In this document: piece after piece, positions 24,083 to 36,501 of the stretch | Position numbering within the stretch: the first letter of the stretch is position 1 | Layout of the letters: every line of letters begins with the position of its first letter | Source: Eledone cirrhosa | Lineage: Eukaryota | DNA: 64,000 nt | Assembly (NCBI GenBank): GCA_964016885.1 | Contig: OZ024743.1 | Location: 174,468,001 to 174,532,000, forward strand | Direction: 5' to 3' | Program-made: the position numbers and the translations under genes | Notes under the pieces: model-generated | Database searches by the model: none | What the model saw: the letters and a program-made list of their open reading frames with translations, nothing else | What the model was told of the DNA's origin: nothing

Positions 24083-25634
24083 ATATTTATATATATATAT
24101 ATATCACTATGTTGGAGCAGCAGTACAACTTCTTTCAATTTGATGCATAACGTTTATGAAACATGAAATGTACAACATTTCACAACGCTTGAAATGAACA
24201 TACCGGTGTCCGATAAAAATGACGATAATCTAAATAAATAGTCAGGATATTTTCTCTCAAGTTCCACAAATAAAAGAGAAAGTCATAAATGGACTCGCGA
24301 CGAAAACGTTTCTGTACAGACGTTCTGTTTTACAGCTCATTCTACTCCCAAAACAAGATTACGACGACAAATATGTTTAATATCTGTAAAGAAAATAACG
24401 CTAATCTAGAAGTAATTTTAGATCCAAACAGTCTGGATGATTTCAGAAGTTTTATACTTAAAACTGAATAAATATCAGATATCGAAATAGAAAACCACAA
24501 CAAAAAAAGGACAAATAATAAGCAATAGATAAGTAAAATACAAACAACAAAATAAAACAACAAAAATATAAAGACAGAAAATAAAAACATTAAGGTTATA
24601 AGCATCGGGAATGTAAATCTCAAACAAATCGAATAAAAGAAATAACTAAACAATGAAATGAAAACCCAATATACCTATAGAATATCGATCTACGACAGTC
24701 GAACCAGAAGTACACCAAGGAAAATACGAACACAAGTGGATGAGACAACGATCTAAGAGTAGAAAATTCTAAAGCGGGATATTTTAAATATGACAATATT
24801 ATTAAGACACAAATAGTTGAAGAATTAAAAATCGATAAACTGCTCTTCGTATGGACCAGAGAATGACGCTCCCAAATGATGAAATAAAATAGTAACAACA
24901 ATAGAAAAAATAAACGTGAAGTTGGCCATCATTGAGAGACTTGGAAACAGATGCAAACATCAATATTAGCAGGATAAAGCAACTAATCTGTGTTGCAGTC
25001 ACGGTAGTCATAACTGCTTGTAGAAACCACCGTCTTAAAACTACTCCTATATAAATATTTAAACCCAAGCATACAATATAGAAAACAAATATACATAGTA
25101 GGAAAGAAAAGATCACTCATTCCTTAATGAATAGACTGAGAAAAGATGCAAATAAAACAATGAAAAAAAGAGAAAACCTACAGAGCTAACAAATCAAAAT
25201 AAATGCCTGAAATGAAAATGCGCCTGAGACAAGACATCGTCGCTAAATCACAAAGAATTCTTTGTTAAATAAAGTCATAACACTTCTTTGTGCAAAACAA
25301 ACAGTTCGTCTTCAGCACAAAGTAATTTTATCTAAGATTAAGCTCTTGATAAAAAAGCTAATGACTATTTCTACTGTTCTTTATTGATTACTGTGACCCA
25401 AACATAGCTAAGGCATATACACTAAGAACTATTATATCAAATACAAAACAGAAACTAATTCAGTATCAACATCTAACCGTCTATTGGCACTGAACTCCTG
25501 AGAGAGTCATAAAGATACCGTCTTGGGCATTTAAATCTGGTGAAGCACATCCCTCTCCAGGTCAAAACACAGTTAATTTCTTCCGTAGAGACACATAAAT
25601 TACCGTAGAGTGAGAGATAAATTAGAAAGAAATA

Positions 25635-25790
25635 CAGAGGAAGAATCAACCCCAGTATTTAACTGCTATATTATTTATTAAACTTAAAAAGATGAAGGTT
25701 GACTTCAGCGGGATTTGAACTAGGGCGCAGAGAACTTGAACATATGCCACAAAATTCTATCCGACGTTCTAACGACTCTGTCACTTCACC
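25635..25790 (-). mobile_element. Degenerate copy of the main tRNA-SINE family
   Basis: GAAGGTTGACTTCAGCGGGATTTGAACT resembles the copies at 41.1, 43.1 and 48.6-49.3 kb. Confidence 0.55.
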
Positions 25791-26125
25791 ATTGACGTAA
25801 AGAAAAGTTTAAAAAAAAAAACGTTGAGAAGCAATATAGGGAGTGGATTGATCTTCATCGCTGGGGATGTTAAAAACAAGAAACGCAATAGAATAACAGT
25901 CCTGGTAATAAATAACACAAGAAATCCTTATATTGACAATACCCTAACGAATTAATCATATCGGAAGTTATTAAGGAAAAAACTCATTACTTGCTGAGAA
26001 TCCAGGACGAAAAGTTAAAACCGGAAGGTTTGTGATCGTAACACAAATACAATGTCTTCCCAACAAAAACCAACATAAGAAAAACATATTGAAACAACAC
26101 AAAGAGTAAATTCAGGTTTGGGGAT

Positions 26126-26618
26126 GAAGATGCATAGCGAAGTGGTAGAGGGCTGGACCCACGATCATAAGGCCATGAGTTCTCTTCCTTGACCGAACAC
26201 TAGCGTTGTGTTCTTGAACAAGATACTCCCATTTCTTGTTGCTTTTCATCATAGGACTGGGGCTCCTATTATTAAAACACCCAAGAAAACTCTTATGAGA
26301 TACAACCTCGTAGAAGGTCAGCTAAACCTGCATAGGTGCGAGCTATAATATGATAGTTCTAGGTGTCCTGTCATTAAAACACCTAACGAAACTCCTAGGA
26401 GACATAAGTTCGAAGGAGGCCAGAAAAACCTTCTGCGTGAGATGTAAATTTCATTCGATGTTTCTCACTATCTTATTCTCACTAATCTTGGAGGCCCCGA
26501 TAAAGGACCATAGACTCCCACAGCTGAAAATTAAAACTCACAGCCTTAGGATCGGGAGTCGAACAACCTAACCACTTAGCCACGCACATTTACGAATCTA
26601 AACACAAGAAGAAGAAGA
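26126..26618 (+). mobile_element. Composite SINE-headed element with (GAA)n end, copy 1
   Basis: About 460 bp nearly identical to 44750-45205. tRNA/SINE-like head, and an inverted tRNA-like remnant near the end. Confidence 0.7.
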
Positions 26619-27177
26619 TTGTTGTTGATAAATCTAGAAAGTCGGGTTGCCGGTACTTTTTTATAGTAAAACAAGAGAATCTGATGAAATTGATGATGTT
26701 TTGCGTGGGCAAAATAATGCTAGAAATAATTCAAACAGGTGAATAGAATGTTAGAAAATAAGAGAAATTGAAAATGTTGAATGTTTCTGCCTAAAAACAC
26801 TAGACTTTTCTTCCACCTAACGGCTATAAAATATCTTCATCTGTTTCAATTGTTTTTAATGGAAGGCTTTTTTCAGTTGAACGCTTACCTTCCCCTGTTT
26901 TATGCATGGAATTAAAAACACTTGTATCAGCTTGGTTAAACATACGCACACACGTACACGCACAAACACACACATATACACGCGCACACATACATACAAA
27001 CACGTGTGTGCGTGTGCATATAATTATGTGTGTGAATACATACATACATATATCATACATACATGTGTGTGTGTGTGAAATTTTAAATGTATGTCCCAAC
27101 ACAAATGACCATAAATAATAGTTGAGAAAATTGAATATAATTCCTCTGGAAACCCAAAAGAGGGGACAGAGGTGTCT

Positions 27178-27240
27178 GCGAGGAATCGGACCCCACATCT
27201 CTTGGGTGCGGTGCAAGTGCGTTAACCACTATGCTAAACA
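27178..27240 (-). mobile_element. tRNA-like SINE head remnant
   Basis: Minus strand TAGCATAGTGGTTAACGCA (A box) ... GGGTCCGATTCCT (degenerate B box). Confidence 0.5.
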
Positions 27241-28175
27241 AACTTTGGCTACCAGTCCCGTTTTTTAGAAGTCCGTAGCGAGATATGGTTGAAATAAGAA
27301 TCATTGGAAATATTTGAACTTTGAAATATCCATTTTTATTGATTTATTTACTCTTGTCTCTGTTTGCGCATGCGTTTGTCTGTGTGTTTTCTGTTTGGTG
27401 TGTGTTCGTGTCTGAGTTTGTGTGTGTTTGTATTCTATCTTTGCTCATTAGTGTGTGTTTATGTGTGGTCGTTGTTATTGTACCTGTGTATATTTATTTA
27501 TATTTATCTTAGGTCAGTATTATTTGTTTGTGTATGGTTGTTGTTGTTGTTATTCCATTCATTTTTTTCTGTTCAACTTCGGTTTTCTTAGTTCTATTTC
27601 AGTTGCTTCTCTGATTTGTCTTCCTGTCGAGTCCTTTCTATCTTTAGATATTATTTTAATTTCTATGTGGCCTATATTAGCATCATGTCTTTGTCTGGCG
27701 TGTTCATATAGTACCGAACCGACTTGTTATCCTTTCAGTTCATCCGTGTTGGTCTATTCTCTCCCTTATGTTCCGAGCTGTGTCACCTATATATGTCGTT
27801 GTCATGTTTCTACGTGTAGCCTAACACAAGTCATCATCCCTTCATCAGGAAAATTAGACCATTAAGGTTTAAAATCGTTTTCAAGGCATTTATTCCAAAT
27901 AAATGTCAGGGAACTCCTATGAAAATACGAAGAAAAAAGACTTAGAAGAATGTTTACAACAATTCGAGTGTAAAAATTGATCAATGTACACGTTTACGCA
28001 TTAATTATACATATGCGTTATATATATATTATTGTTGTGGGAGGAGAGTTATATTGTCTCATGTTTAGAGGGTATGTGTATGATGTGGCTACATATATAT
28101 ATACATGTGTGTGTGTGTGTGTGTGTGCAAAAGACAAACAGAAATAACAAAGCAAACGACATACATATATTATAT

Positions 28176-28583
28176 ACATGGTGGCTGCCAACTCGTTTTC
28201 GAGTACGGCCACTACTTTATATCCATGTAGGATAACTCCTACCGATGCGCTGAACGAGTGACTTTTTAGTCCAGCCAGCGACTTAAAAACTCTGGTACAA
28301 ACACTACACTTCTGACAATTATTGACACATAGTGCTGGGCCCTTGGTACAATGTGACGACAAGTGCAGAGAGATCTCCAGATATAAAGCAATGCCTGTGC
28401 CGTGAAGCTTTTATAGTGAGCAAAGGCACTGCACAAAGCCAGTCCCACTCTCTTAACCAAGATGATATTTACCAAAAAGAAGAACAAGTCAACATCATTG
28501 GATACCATCAGGGCTGCAGGTGTTATATCAGAGTATTCCTTCTCCTAGAATTCTGCCTTGACAAAGGCTAAGGGGTCATCTCT
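28176..28583 (-). mobile_element. Short non-autonomous RTE-derived element, copy 1
   Basis: Inverted near-identical partner at 29234-29643. Carries an RTE-5'UTR-like CTAGGAGAAGGAAAACTC motif (intact in copy 2) and a C-terminal C2H2-like CSVCTRVFKSLAGLKSH. Abuts (TACA)n. Confidence 0.7.
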
Positions 28584-28586
28584 CCC

Positions 28587-28654
<68 letters not shown>

Positions 28655-28719
28655 TACCGGGTTCAATCGGGAGTAACCACAGTTAATAAGGTACTCAATA
28701 CATTAGTAGAATGTAAACA

Positions 28720-28856
28720 TCATATTTAATATAGAAATGACTTCTAGGGGACAAGAAATGTTTCATTCAAAAGAAATCATCAGAAAAGGGCTTTCCTAGT
28801 GATTTCCTTTGAATGAAACGGCTCTAGTCCTGTAAAAGCTATTTCTATATTAAAAA
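28720..28856. repeat. Imperfect inverted repeat of a hammerhead-like short element (family H2)
   Basis: CTGATGATTTCTTTTGAATGAAAC on the minus strand (28760-28783) faces a degenerate plus-strand copy (28796-28830). Relatives at 41685-41735 and 47981-48035. Confidence 0.55.
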
Positions 28857-29198
28857 TGATGTATGTATGTATGTATGTATGTATGTTCTTCTGGTTTTAT
28901 AATTTCACAATTTTTTACCAATAGAGAGAGAGTCGGTTTCTAACATAGACACAAGACTCTCTCATTGGAATTTACACATCAACTATGTAGATATGTATGC
29001 ATGTCCCCGTGCATGAATGTGTGTGCACGCATGGATGTTATTGTATGCGTGGATGTTTATATTTTGAGTTGTATGTGTGCATGTGCATGTGCATATGCTT
29101 TGTATCTGTACAAGTGTGTATGCAGTTATTAGATGCAGAATTTTTGAAATGTTTTACATATTTTCACTGTTCATTAATGGATTGTATTTGTAATTTCC

Positions 29199-29230
<32 letters not shown>

Positions 29231-29233
29231 TGT

Positions 29234-29661
29234 AGAGATGACCCCTTAGCCTTTGTCAAGGCAGAATTCTAGGAGAAGGAAAACTCCGATATAACACCTG
29301 CAACCCTGATGGTATCCAATGATGTTGACTTGTTCTTCTTTTTGGTAAATATCATCTTGGTTAAGAGAGTGGGACTGGCTTTGTGCAGTGCCTTTGCTCA
29401 CTATAAAAGCTTCACGGCACAGGCATTGCTTTATATCTGGAGATCTCTCTGCACTTGTCATCATATGGTACCATGGGCCCAGCACTATGTGTCAATAATT
29501 GTCAGAAGTGTAGTGTTTGTACCAGAGTTTTCAAGTTGCTGACTGGACTAAAAAGTCACACTTGTTCAGCACATCGGTAGGGGTTCTCCTACATGGATAT
29601 AAAGTAGTGGCCGTACTCGAAAACAAGTTGGCAGCCACCATGTATGTATGTATGTATGTAT
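29234..29661 (+). mobile_element. Short non-autonomous RTE-derived element, copy 2, flanked by (TGTA)n on both sides
   Basis: Reverse complement of 28176-28583 with the same two ends. (TGTA)n at about 29203-29233 and 29641-29661. Confidence 0.72.
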
Positions 29662-30033
29662 GATATTGCTGGCCATATGCAAGACCCCAGAAAAAACTAG
29701 GAACCCACGTCTGTGATGCGCATGCTTAAGTATCAAGCGATGGCATTACTCGAAATCGAGTTTCAGCTATCATCATCATATATGTATGTATGTCTGTATG
29801 GGTGGGTGGTAGGAGGGATTGGGTGGTTCAGCTAATGTATGTATATTATTATCGTTCTTCACTCATCCTATAATCACATATATTAATGCTGACTTTGAAA
29901 AAGTAATTAACGTTATACGTCATACTTTTTCTCTTCCCTCCAGATATGAATCTTAGAAATCAATATGTAAACATAAGAGAATGTATATATATACTTAAAT
30001 AAACACACATATGCATACAAAGACGTATATATG

Positions 30034-30118
<85 letters not shown>

Positions 30119-30136
30119 TTATATATATATATATGT

Positions 30137-31772
30137 ATGGAGCCCCGAGCATGCTCCTTGCTGCTGATACGGTCATACCCTCGGCTACTGGGGTTCAACA
30201 GGGCGACCCTTTGGGACCCCTCCTGTTCGCCCTTGGTATTGACCACATCGCCCGGAGTATCACGGCCTCTCTCAACATTTGGTATCTGGATGATGCTATG
30301 TTGGGCGGGCTCCTACGGACAGTTTGCCATCGGTGGTTCCTGCCCTGGCGGGAATCGGCCCCCAAGTCAACTCGGCCAAGTCGGAGGTGGTGAATGTCAG
30401 CCTCGATGCTGCGAGCTTTGCAGCCTCCGTCTTAGACGTGCGGTCCATTTCCGCCAAGTTCATGTGACCCCAAAGAGGATGACCTCATCGTCGGGTCACC
30501 GATCCACCCGCCGGCCATCCGCTCCACCATCAGGTCCAGGCTTCAATAGCTCCAGACTCTCAAGAGCCGAGTGGCTTGATTGACGGCTATCCAGCTCTCT
30601 TTCTGCTGAGGAACTGGTTCGCCATGCCGAAGCTCCTCTATACACTCCGCAGCGCTCCGTGCTACACCCAGACATTTCTAATCGCTGACCTCGATACTTG
30701 TATCCGAGCAGCAGCCGAGGAGATATGCAACGACAAGTTTAACGACATAGGGTAGCAACAGGCCACTTTACCTGTCAGGTATGGCGGCCTTGGCCTCCGG
30801 TCCCCAATCTCACTAGCTTTGCCGGCGTATCTTTCGTCGGTAACCTCGTGCCGCGTCCTCGTCAGCAGGGTTCTTCAAAACACAACAGAACCCTCTGTGT
30901 TCAGAGAACGTGAGCCCGCCTGTGAAATGTGGGACCGGCTGGGACTTAGCCCAGTAGACGTCCCTCATCTTTCTCCCCTGTTGACGTCAAGTCCCCCCCA
31001 ACGCACTTGGGATGCCATCAGTGCAGCCTGGCCTCAGACAGGCTCAGGCGCCAACTCGACCAGCACCGCCTTGCTTGTTTTCGTGCGGCCTCCAAACCCC
31101 ACAGTGGTGCCTGGCTCCATGCCCTGCCCTCCTTCTTCACTGGCACGCAGCTAGACAACCATATCCTGCGCATCGGCGTTTCCCTGAGGCTCGGCCTTCG
31201 GATCTGCCAGCCACACCAATGTCGCTGCGGTTCCACCGTGGACTCTTTCGGCCTCCACCCGCTTTCCTGTCGCCACAGTGCCGGCCGCATTCCACGCCAT
31301 GCTGCCCTCAACGAGGTCATTAAGCATGGCTTGGACGCTGCAGGCTTCCCTTCCCAGCTCGAGTCGGTGGGGCTGGATCGAGGGGACGGCAAAAGGCCAG
31401 ATGGCATGACCATCTTCCCGTTCCACGGTGGCAAACCCCTCGTCTGGGATGCCACTTGCACCGACACTTTCTGCAGCCGCAACCTGGTCCAGGTTCTGCT
31501 GTACGTCGGGCTGAAGGGGCCAAACTCCTCAAATACCGGTCGCTCACCGACAGGTTTGCGGTCGTACCCCTGGCAGTGGAGACTTCTGGTGTACTTGACC
31601 CCAGGGCTACTTCCTCACTCACCACCATAGGCGCTGAGCTGGCCAGCCGCAGGTGTGAGCCCCACGAGTTGGAGTGGCTTTTCCAACGCGTCTCCCTTGC
31701 CGTCCTCCGGGGAAATGCTTTTTCCATTCTGTCCGCCGGGGCTGTGGGTGGGCCCCATCGCGTACCGTTGTA
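30137..31772 (+). mobile_element. CRE-clade RLE non-LTR retrotransposon, 5'-truncated and frameshifted
   Basis: GVQQGDPLGPLLF, WYLDD, ATLPVRYGGLG, SGAWL, CRCG..HPLSC..RHAALN, GKRPDG..WDAT, K..KY, PLAVETSG, LFQRVSLAVLRGNA. GC-rich; starts at a (TA)n(TG)n tract. Confidence 0.85.
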
Positions 31773-31784
31773 GTTGTTGTAGAA

Positions 31785-33394
31785 GAAACAGGAAGACAAC
31801 AACTGGAATATATCTACAAAGACCAAGCAGTTGGTTTAGAGGTGAAATGTCAGTTGGTTTAGAAGTCAAATGTAAGAATGATCACTTCACGTTTGCTCTA
31901 TATGAAGTCAATAACAATTTGTATAACCAACTATTAACAGATAGCATCACTGCTAAATACCAAAAACTAGCATTAATACTTATAATATCATTAATAATGA
32001 AGCTAAAGCTCTAGCTAATACTTTAAAAATTGATAACCGAACTGAAAACCTAGACAAACGTAAAGAATATATCACCCTTAAAGACCATAAATCAGACTTT
32101 ACTAATCGACCTATTTGTAGACTAATCAACCCTGATAAATCTTGCGAGTATAAAAATCCTAAGAAATATATTACTTCAAATAAGAAATAAGACTGAATTC
32201 CAATGGTTAAATACTTCCTCTGTTATATCTTGGTTTAATAATATACAAGAAAAAAATAAGTGTAGATTTACCCAATTTGATATTGTAGATTTTTACCCTT
32301 CTATCACAGAATCCTTATTAATTGAAGCCTTAGATTTTTCTAGACATTTCATTAATATAACTAAATTAGAGGAAGATGTTATCTTAGGAAAACACTACCT
32401 TTCGCTAATGGAGATACTTGGGTTAAAAAATCAAGCCCAGAAAACTCTTTCGATATCTCGATGGGCTCATTTGATAGCGCCGATGTGTGCGACTTAGTAG
32501 TATTATTCCTCCTTCACTCCCTTAAAGAGAAATTTCCTTGTCATAATATCGGCTTATACCGAGACGACGATTTGGCAGTTTCTCATACCACCAACGGCCA
32601 TAACCTTGATAAATTCCGTAAAGACTTAATTAATACCTTTGCTAACTTAAACCTAAAAATTACTATAGATACGAATCTTACTAATACCAACTTCCTTGAT
32701 ATCAATCTTGACCTACTTACTGCTTCTTTCAAACCTTAACATAGACCCAATGACAATTTAAGATATATACACAAAGAGTCTTGCCATCCCCTATAGTCTT
32801 TAAAAATCTTATTCCTTAGTCGTAGGATCTGTACCTTATCTTCGTCTATAGATCTTCTTAATAAAGCTGCCCCTTATAATAAGGCCCTTAATAACAACGG
32901 TTTCACCGAATAAATCAAATATTTACCTACTCCTCTTTCTAACACTAAACACCATAACAGAAAAAGAAAAATCATATTGTTTACACCTCCTTTCTGTCTA
33001 ACAGTTAAAACTAACGTAGGAAGAAAATTCCTCGAACTCCTAGACAAACATTTTCCCCAAAATCATAGATATAATAAGATATTTAATAGAAATTTATTTA
33101 AATTTAGCTACTCAGAAGTGAGCGATATGTTGGCATGACACAGGACAAATTTAAAATCAGGTATTATGCATACGTCGTTTCATTCAAACATCAACGGTGC
33201 TGGCTAATAAAGTGTGGGAGTTTAAAGACAGAAACGTTCCATACTCTATTGATTGGTCAATTTTAGACCATTCAAACGAATATCAAAGAGGCACAAAGAA
33301 ATGTTCTTTGTGTATAACGGAAAAATATAGAATTCTTCAAAATCTGAAAACTCCTACCACTTGCCTCAACTCTAAGACTGAGATCTTCAGAAGT

Positions 33395-33400
<6 letters not shown>
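31785..33400 (+). mobile_element. Penelope-like element remnant (RT + C-terminal GIY-YIG region), Naiad-like motifs, internally deleted
   Basis: LKDHK..CRLINP, FDIVDFYPSIT, MGSFDSADVCDLV, GLYRDD, NFLDINLDL, YIHKESCHP, KRKIILFTPPF, W..L..KKCSLCITEK..LNSKTEI. Ends in (TA)n. The clade assignment is from recalled motifs, not a phylogeny. Confidence 0.8.
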
Positions 33401-33425
<25 letters not shown>

Positions 33426-33559
33426 GTAGATAAATCTACCAAGAGTTTACGGTAGTGTCCAATCCGTATGAAGAACTCAATGTAATCCGGATATCATGGA
33501 AAGAAGAGATGCAATGAAAAATCACTTTCGGTGAAAGATAAACGGAATACAGAGTCAAG

Positions 33560-33981
33560 ATAAAATATTAAAAAAAGAATGAATAAAACAATGAAACAGT
33601 TCCTTATATTAAACAAAAAAAGTTCATTATTTAACGATCCTTTCTAGGATATATATGTGTTAGAATTGGCATGCATATTCAACAGATCTATGTACAAAAT
33701 TATACAAAATTATACAAACTATCAAAATTAAATATACATACCAAACACATATATATGCCGTCTTCAGAAATAATGATTATTTCTGAAGACGGCATATATA
33801 TGTGTTTGGTATGTATATTTAATTTTGATAGTTTGTATAATTTTGTATAATTTTGTACATAGATCTGTTGAATATGCATGCCAATTCTAACACATATATA
33901 TCCTAGAAAGGATCGTTAAATAATGAACTTTTTTTGTTTAATATAAGGAACTGTTTCATTGTTTTATTCATTATTTTTTTA

Positions 33982-33992
<11 letters not shown>
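33560..33992. repeat. Near-perfect palindrome, about 215-bp arms, 1-nt spacer at 33776
   Basis: The centre reads GTCTTCAGAAATAAT-G-ATTATTTCTGAAGAC. The arms are reverse complements out to about 33560/33992 with one or two differences at the edge. Confidence 0.93.
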
Positions 33993-34035
<43 letters not shown>

Positions 34036-34397
34036 CTATAATAGGAGTGTGGGATTGCGTCCAGAATATATTTTTTTACCGCGTTTGTAAAATAAGTTGG
34101 ATTACTTTGAATAAATAATGAATGAATATTACATAATTTATGTGCTAAATTTCGTGGCTGTTGATTAAATGTATTTTATAGCTTATAAAAAGACCTTTAA
34201 AATTCACTTCTTTAAAATTTTCAAATGTCAACGCTTCCGGTTAGCCGCCGTTATATTATAACACTTATAAAAATATCGCATATATTTCCGTCGCTAATTT
34301 TCTCCTAATGCAGTTTATATATAATATCGTCTTTTTTTAAATGTATCATATCTACATGTATATATACTTGCGTATAATATCAATATGCACACTACAC

Positions 34398-34440
34398 ATA
34401 CTAGCAGAAAACCACTCGTAGGGTGGTTTTCTGCTAGTAT
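34398..34440. repeat. Isolated perfect hairpin (18-bp arms)
   Basis: ATACTAGCAGAAAACCAC-tcgtagg-GTGGTTTTCTGCTAGTAT. Confidence 0.85.
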
Positions 34441-34603
34441 TTATAATTATGGTTATGTTTATATTTTTAAAATTGTATGTATGTATGTGTATATATGAGT
34501 GTGCGTGTTTTTGTATATATACGAGTACTTCTACGTGTGTGTACATATATTTATGTGTGCATGTGTCTGTCTCTATATATGTATATATATATGCGTACGT
34601 GGG

Positions 34604-34680
<77 letters not shown>

Positions 34681-34694
34681 AGGGATAACTTATA

Positions 34695-34934
34695 TGTCAA
34701 ATATACCTTATGTCAAATATTTATAAAACATTTTGTATTTTATCTGATGATAGCGTACCAAAATGTTGGTACCCTTGAAATATATATAATAGAATAAATA
34801 TGGTTTTATAAATATAGTTTCCATTTATTTAATATCATTGTATATTATACTCCAGAAAACTGTTGAGTGCTCTGAATCAGTTATAAACATTTATATTTGT
34901 TGAATTACCAACAAATTGAATATCCATTCTGCTT
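34695..34934 (+). mobile_element. (TA)n-flanked hammerhead-bearing element, family H1
   Basis: Reverse-complement homolog of 36957-37185, bounded by (TA)n on both sides. Confidence 0.72.
34736..34796 (+). ncRNA. Minimal type I hammerhead ribozyme motif
   Basis: Stem I UAUUUUAU/AUAGAAUA; core CUGAUGA 34744-34750; stem II GUACCAA/UUGGUAC; GAAA 34777-34780; stem III U-AUAU-A; UA triplet end with predicted cleavage after 34788. Confidence 0.75.
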
Positions 34935-35364
34935 ATATATATATATATATATATATTTATTATTTTCCCCCCTTTCGTTGTCAACCCGTCCCTTTATGTC
35001 TTTTTTATATTTTCTCATATTTTTTATTTTTTTTATTTTATTTATTTATTTCCATATCTGTTCCCCTAGCTACTTTCCCAGTTAGATTTTATGTATGTGT
35101 GTGTGCCGTCTTTTGTAATTGTACGTATGTGCTTTCATGCCTATACGTGTGTGTGCGGTTATGTATCCACATGCATGTTTGTATGTCTGTGTGTATATAT
35201 ATATCTTTACGATTACGTCTATGTACACACTTAAGTGCAAGAGTGCGCGGCGCGTGTGTGTGAGCATATGTATGTCTGTATATGTGCGTATATAGGCAGG
35301 TGTGTGTATGTATGTATACGCATGTTTGTATGTGTTTGTGTGGATATATATATATGTGTGTATA

Positions 35365-35403
<39 letters not shown>

Positions 35404-35880
35404 ATATGTATGTGTGTGTATGTGTAGATAGATATATATATATATGTGTGTGTGTGTGTATGTATAGAGAGATGTGTGTATATATATTTATAAGTTAATA
35501 TTGAGTACGTGTGTGATTGTGTGCCTGTGTGTGCGCATATGTGAGCGAAAGATCGCATGTATATGTGTGTATTTGTATTTCCATGTAGACTCACATATAC
35601 TTATGTATGATTGTATAAGTTTACGTACTAGTACGTATATGCGTGAGTTTGTGTATGTTTATGTATTTGGATATTTATATTTTTCCCCTCAATTTATGCC
35701 CGTTATTTTATTTCAGCCTCACTTTTATTTATCCTAAACTCTGTTTTCAAATCCATATCACATTCAGTAATAAAAAAAATTTCTGATGAATCAAGACGAA
35801 CATAAGTGTCAAGCTCTTCAAGAAAACACTGGTAAATGAATTAATTATCTTATGTTGTTTAATACATAACTATATATATA

Positions 35881-36483
35881 GGCATACGTCAAGACGGGCG
35901 GTCTCAAAAGTGAAAGTAAATTTATTTTCATTTTCGAACGTCGTGTTTACATTTTGTGTGTGTGTTTAGATCTAAATTAGTTACTGAGATTAAAGACAGA
36001 ATCAGAGCCTCTGTCGTTTTAACTGATTATATATATATGTATATGTGTGTGTGTAGTTGACGATTGAGAGAAGAGTACTCAATACCGAAGTAATCTTGTA
36101 ATGAGGCTTGCAGAATGGTGAGTCCGCCATTCTAGACGCTGCTGCCTTGCAGAAGTCCCAAATCGAAGCTCTGACACTCTCGTCCCCATCATTCAGCAGG
36201 GATTTTGCCAGGCAGCCGCATCATCTCCGATGGTTGGGCTTCCTATTCGGAAATTGAAGGTGGGATTTATGTTCATGATGTTGTGGTGCACGAACGGAAC
36301 TTTGTAGATCCTGCGGACCTTGATGTGCACACACAGCTCATAAAGAACACATGAAGCCGTGCAAAGAAGAAGCTTCGTTGCCAGCATGTTTCGTTTGAAC
36401 ACACACACAAAATGTAAACACGACGTTCGAAAATGAAAATAAATTTACTTTCACTTTTGAGACCGCCCGTCTTGACGTATGCC
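35881..36483. mobile_element. Merlin/ISXO2-like non-autonomous element 1, about 86-bp perfect TIRs
   Basis: GGCATACGTCAAGACGGGCGG... at 35881 and its reverse complement ending at 36483. Internal decayed transposase piece (VPNRSSDTLVPIIQ..SDGW..NFVDP..HTQLI). Inserted in (TA)n. Confidence 0.85.
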
Positions 36484-36501
36484 ATATATATATATATATA
36501 T

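Noticed and set aside
24290-25450. Possible very old LINE remnant in an A-rich stretch
   Set aside because: Only vague similarity; I could not read any motif with confidence.
34034-34315. Possible MITE with imperfect 14-bp TIRs inside (TA)n
   Set aside because: Only about 11/14 match in AT-rich sequence and there is a single copy in the window, which is insufficient.
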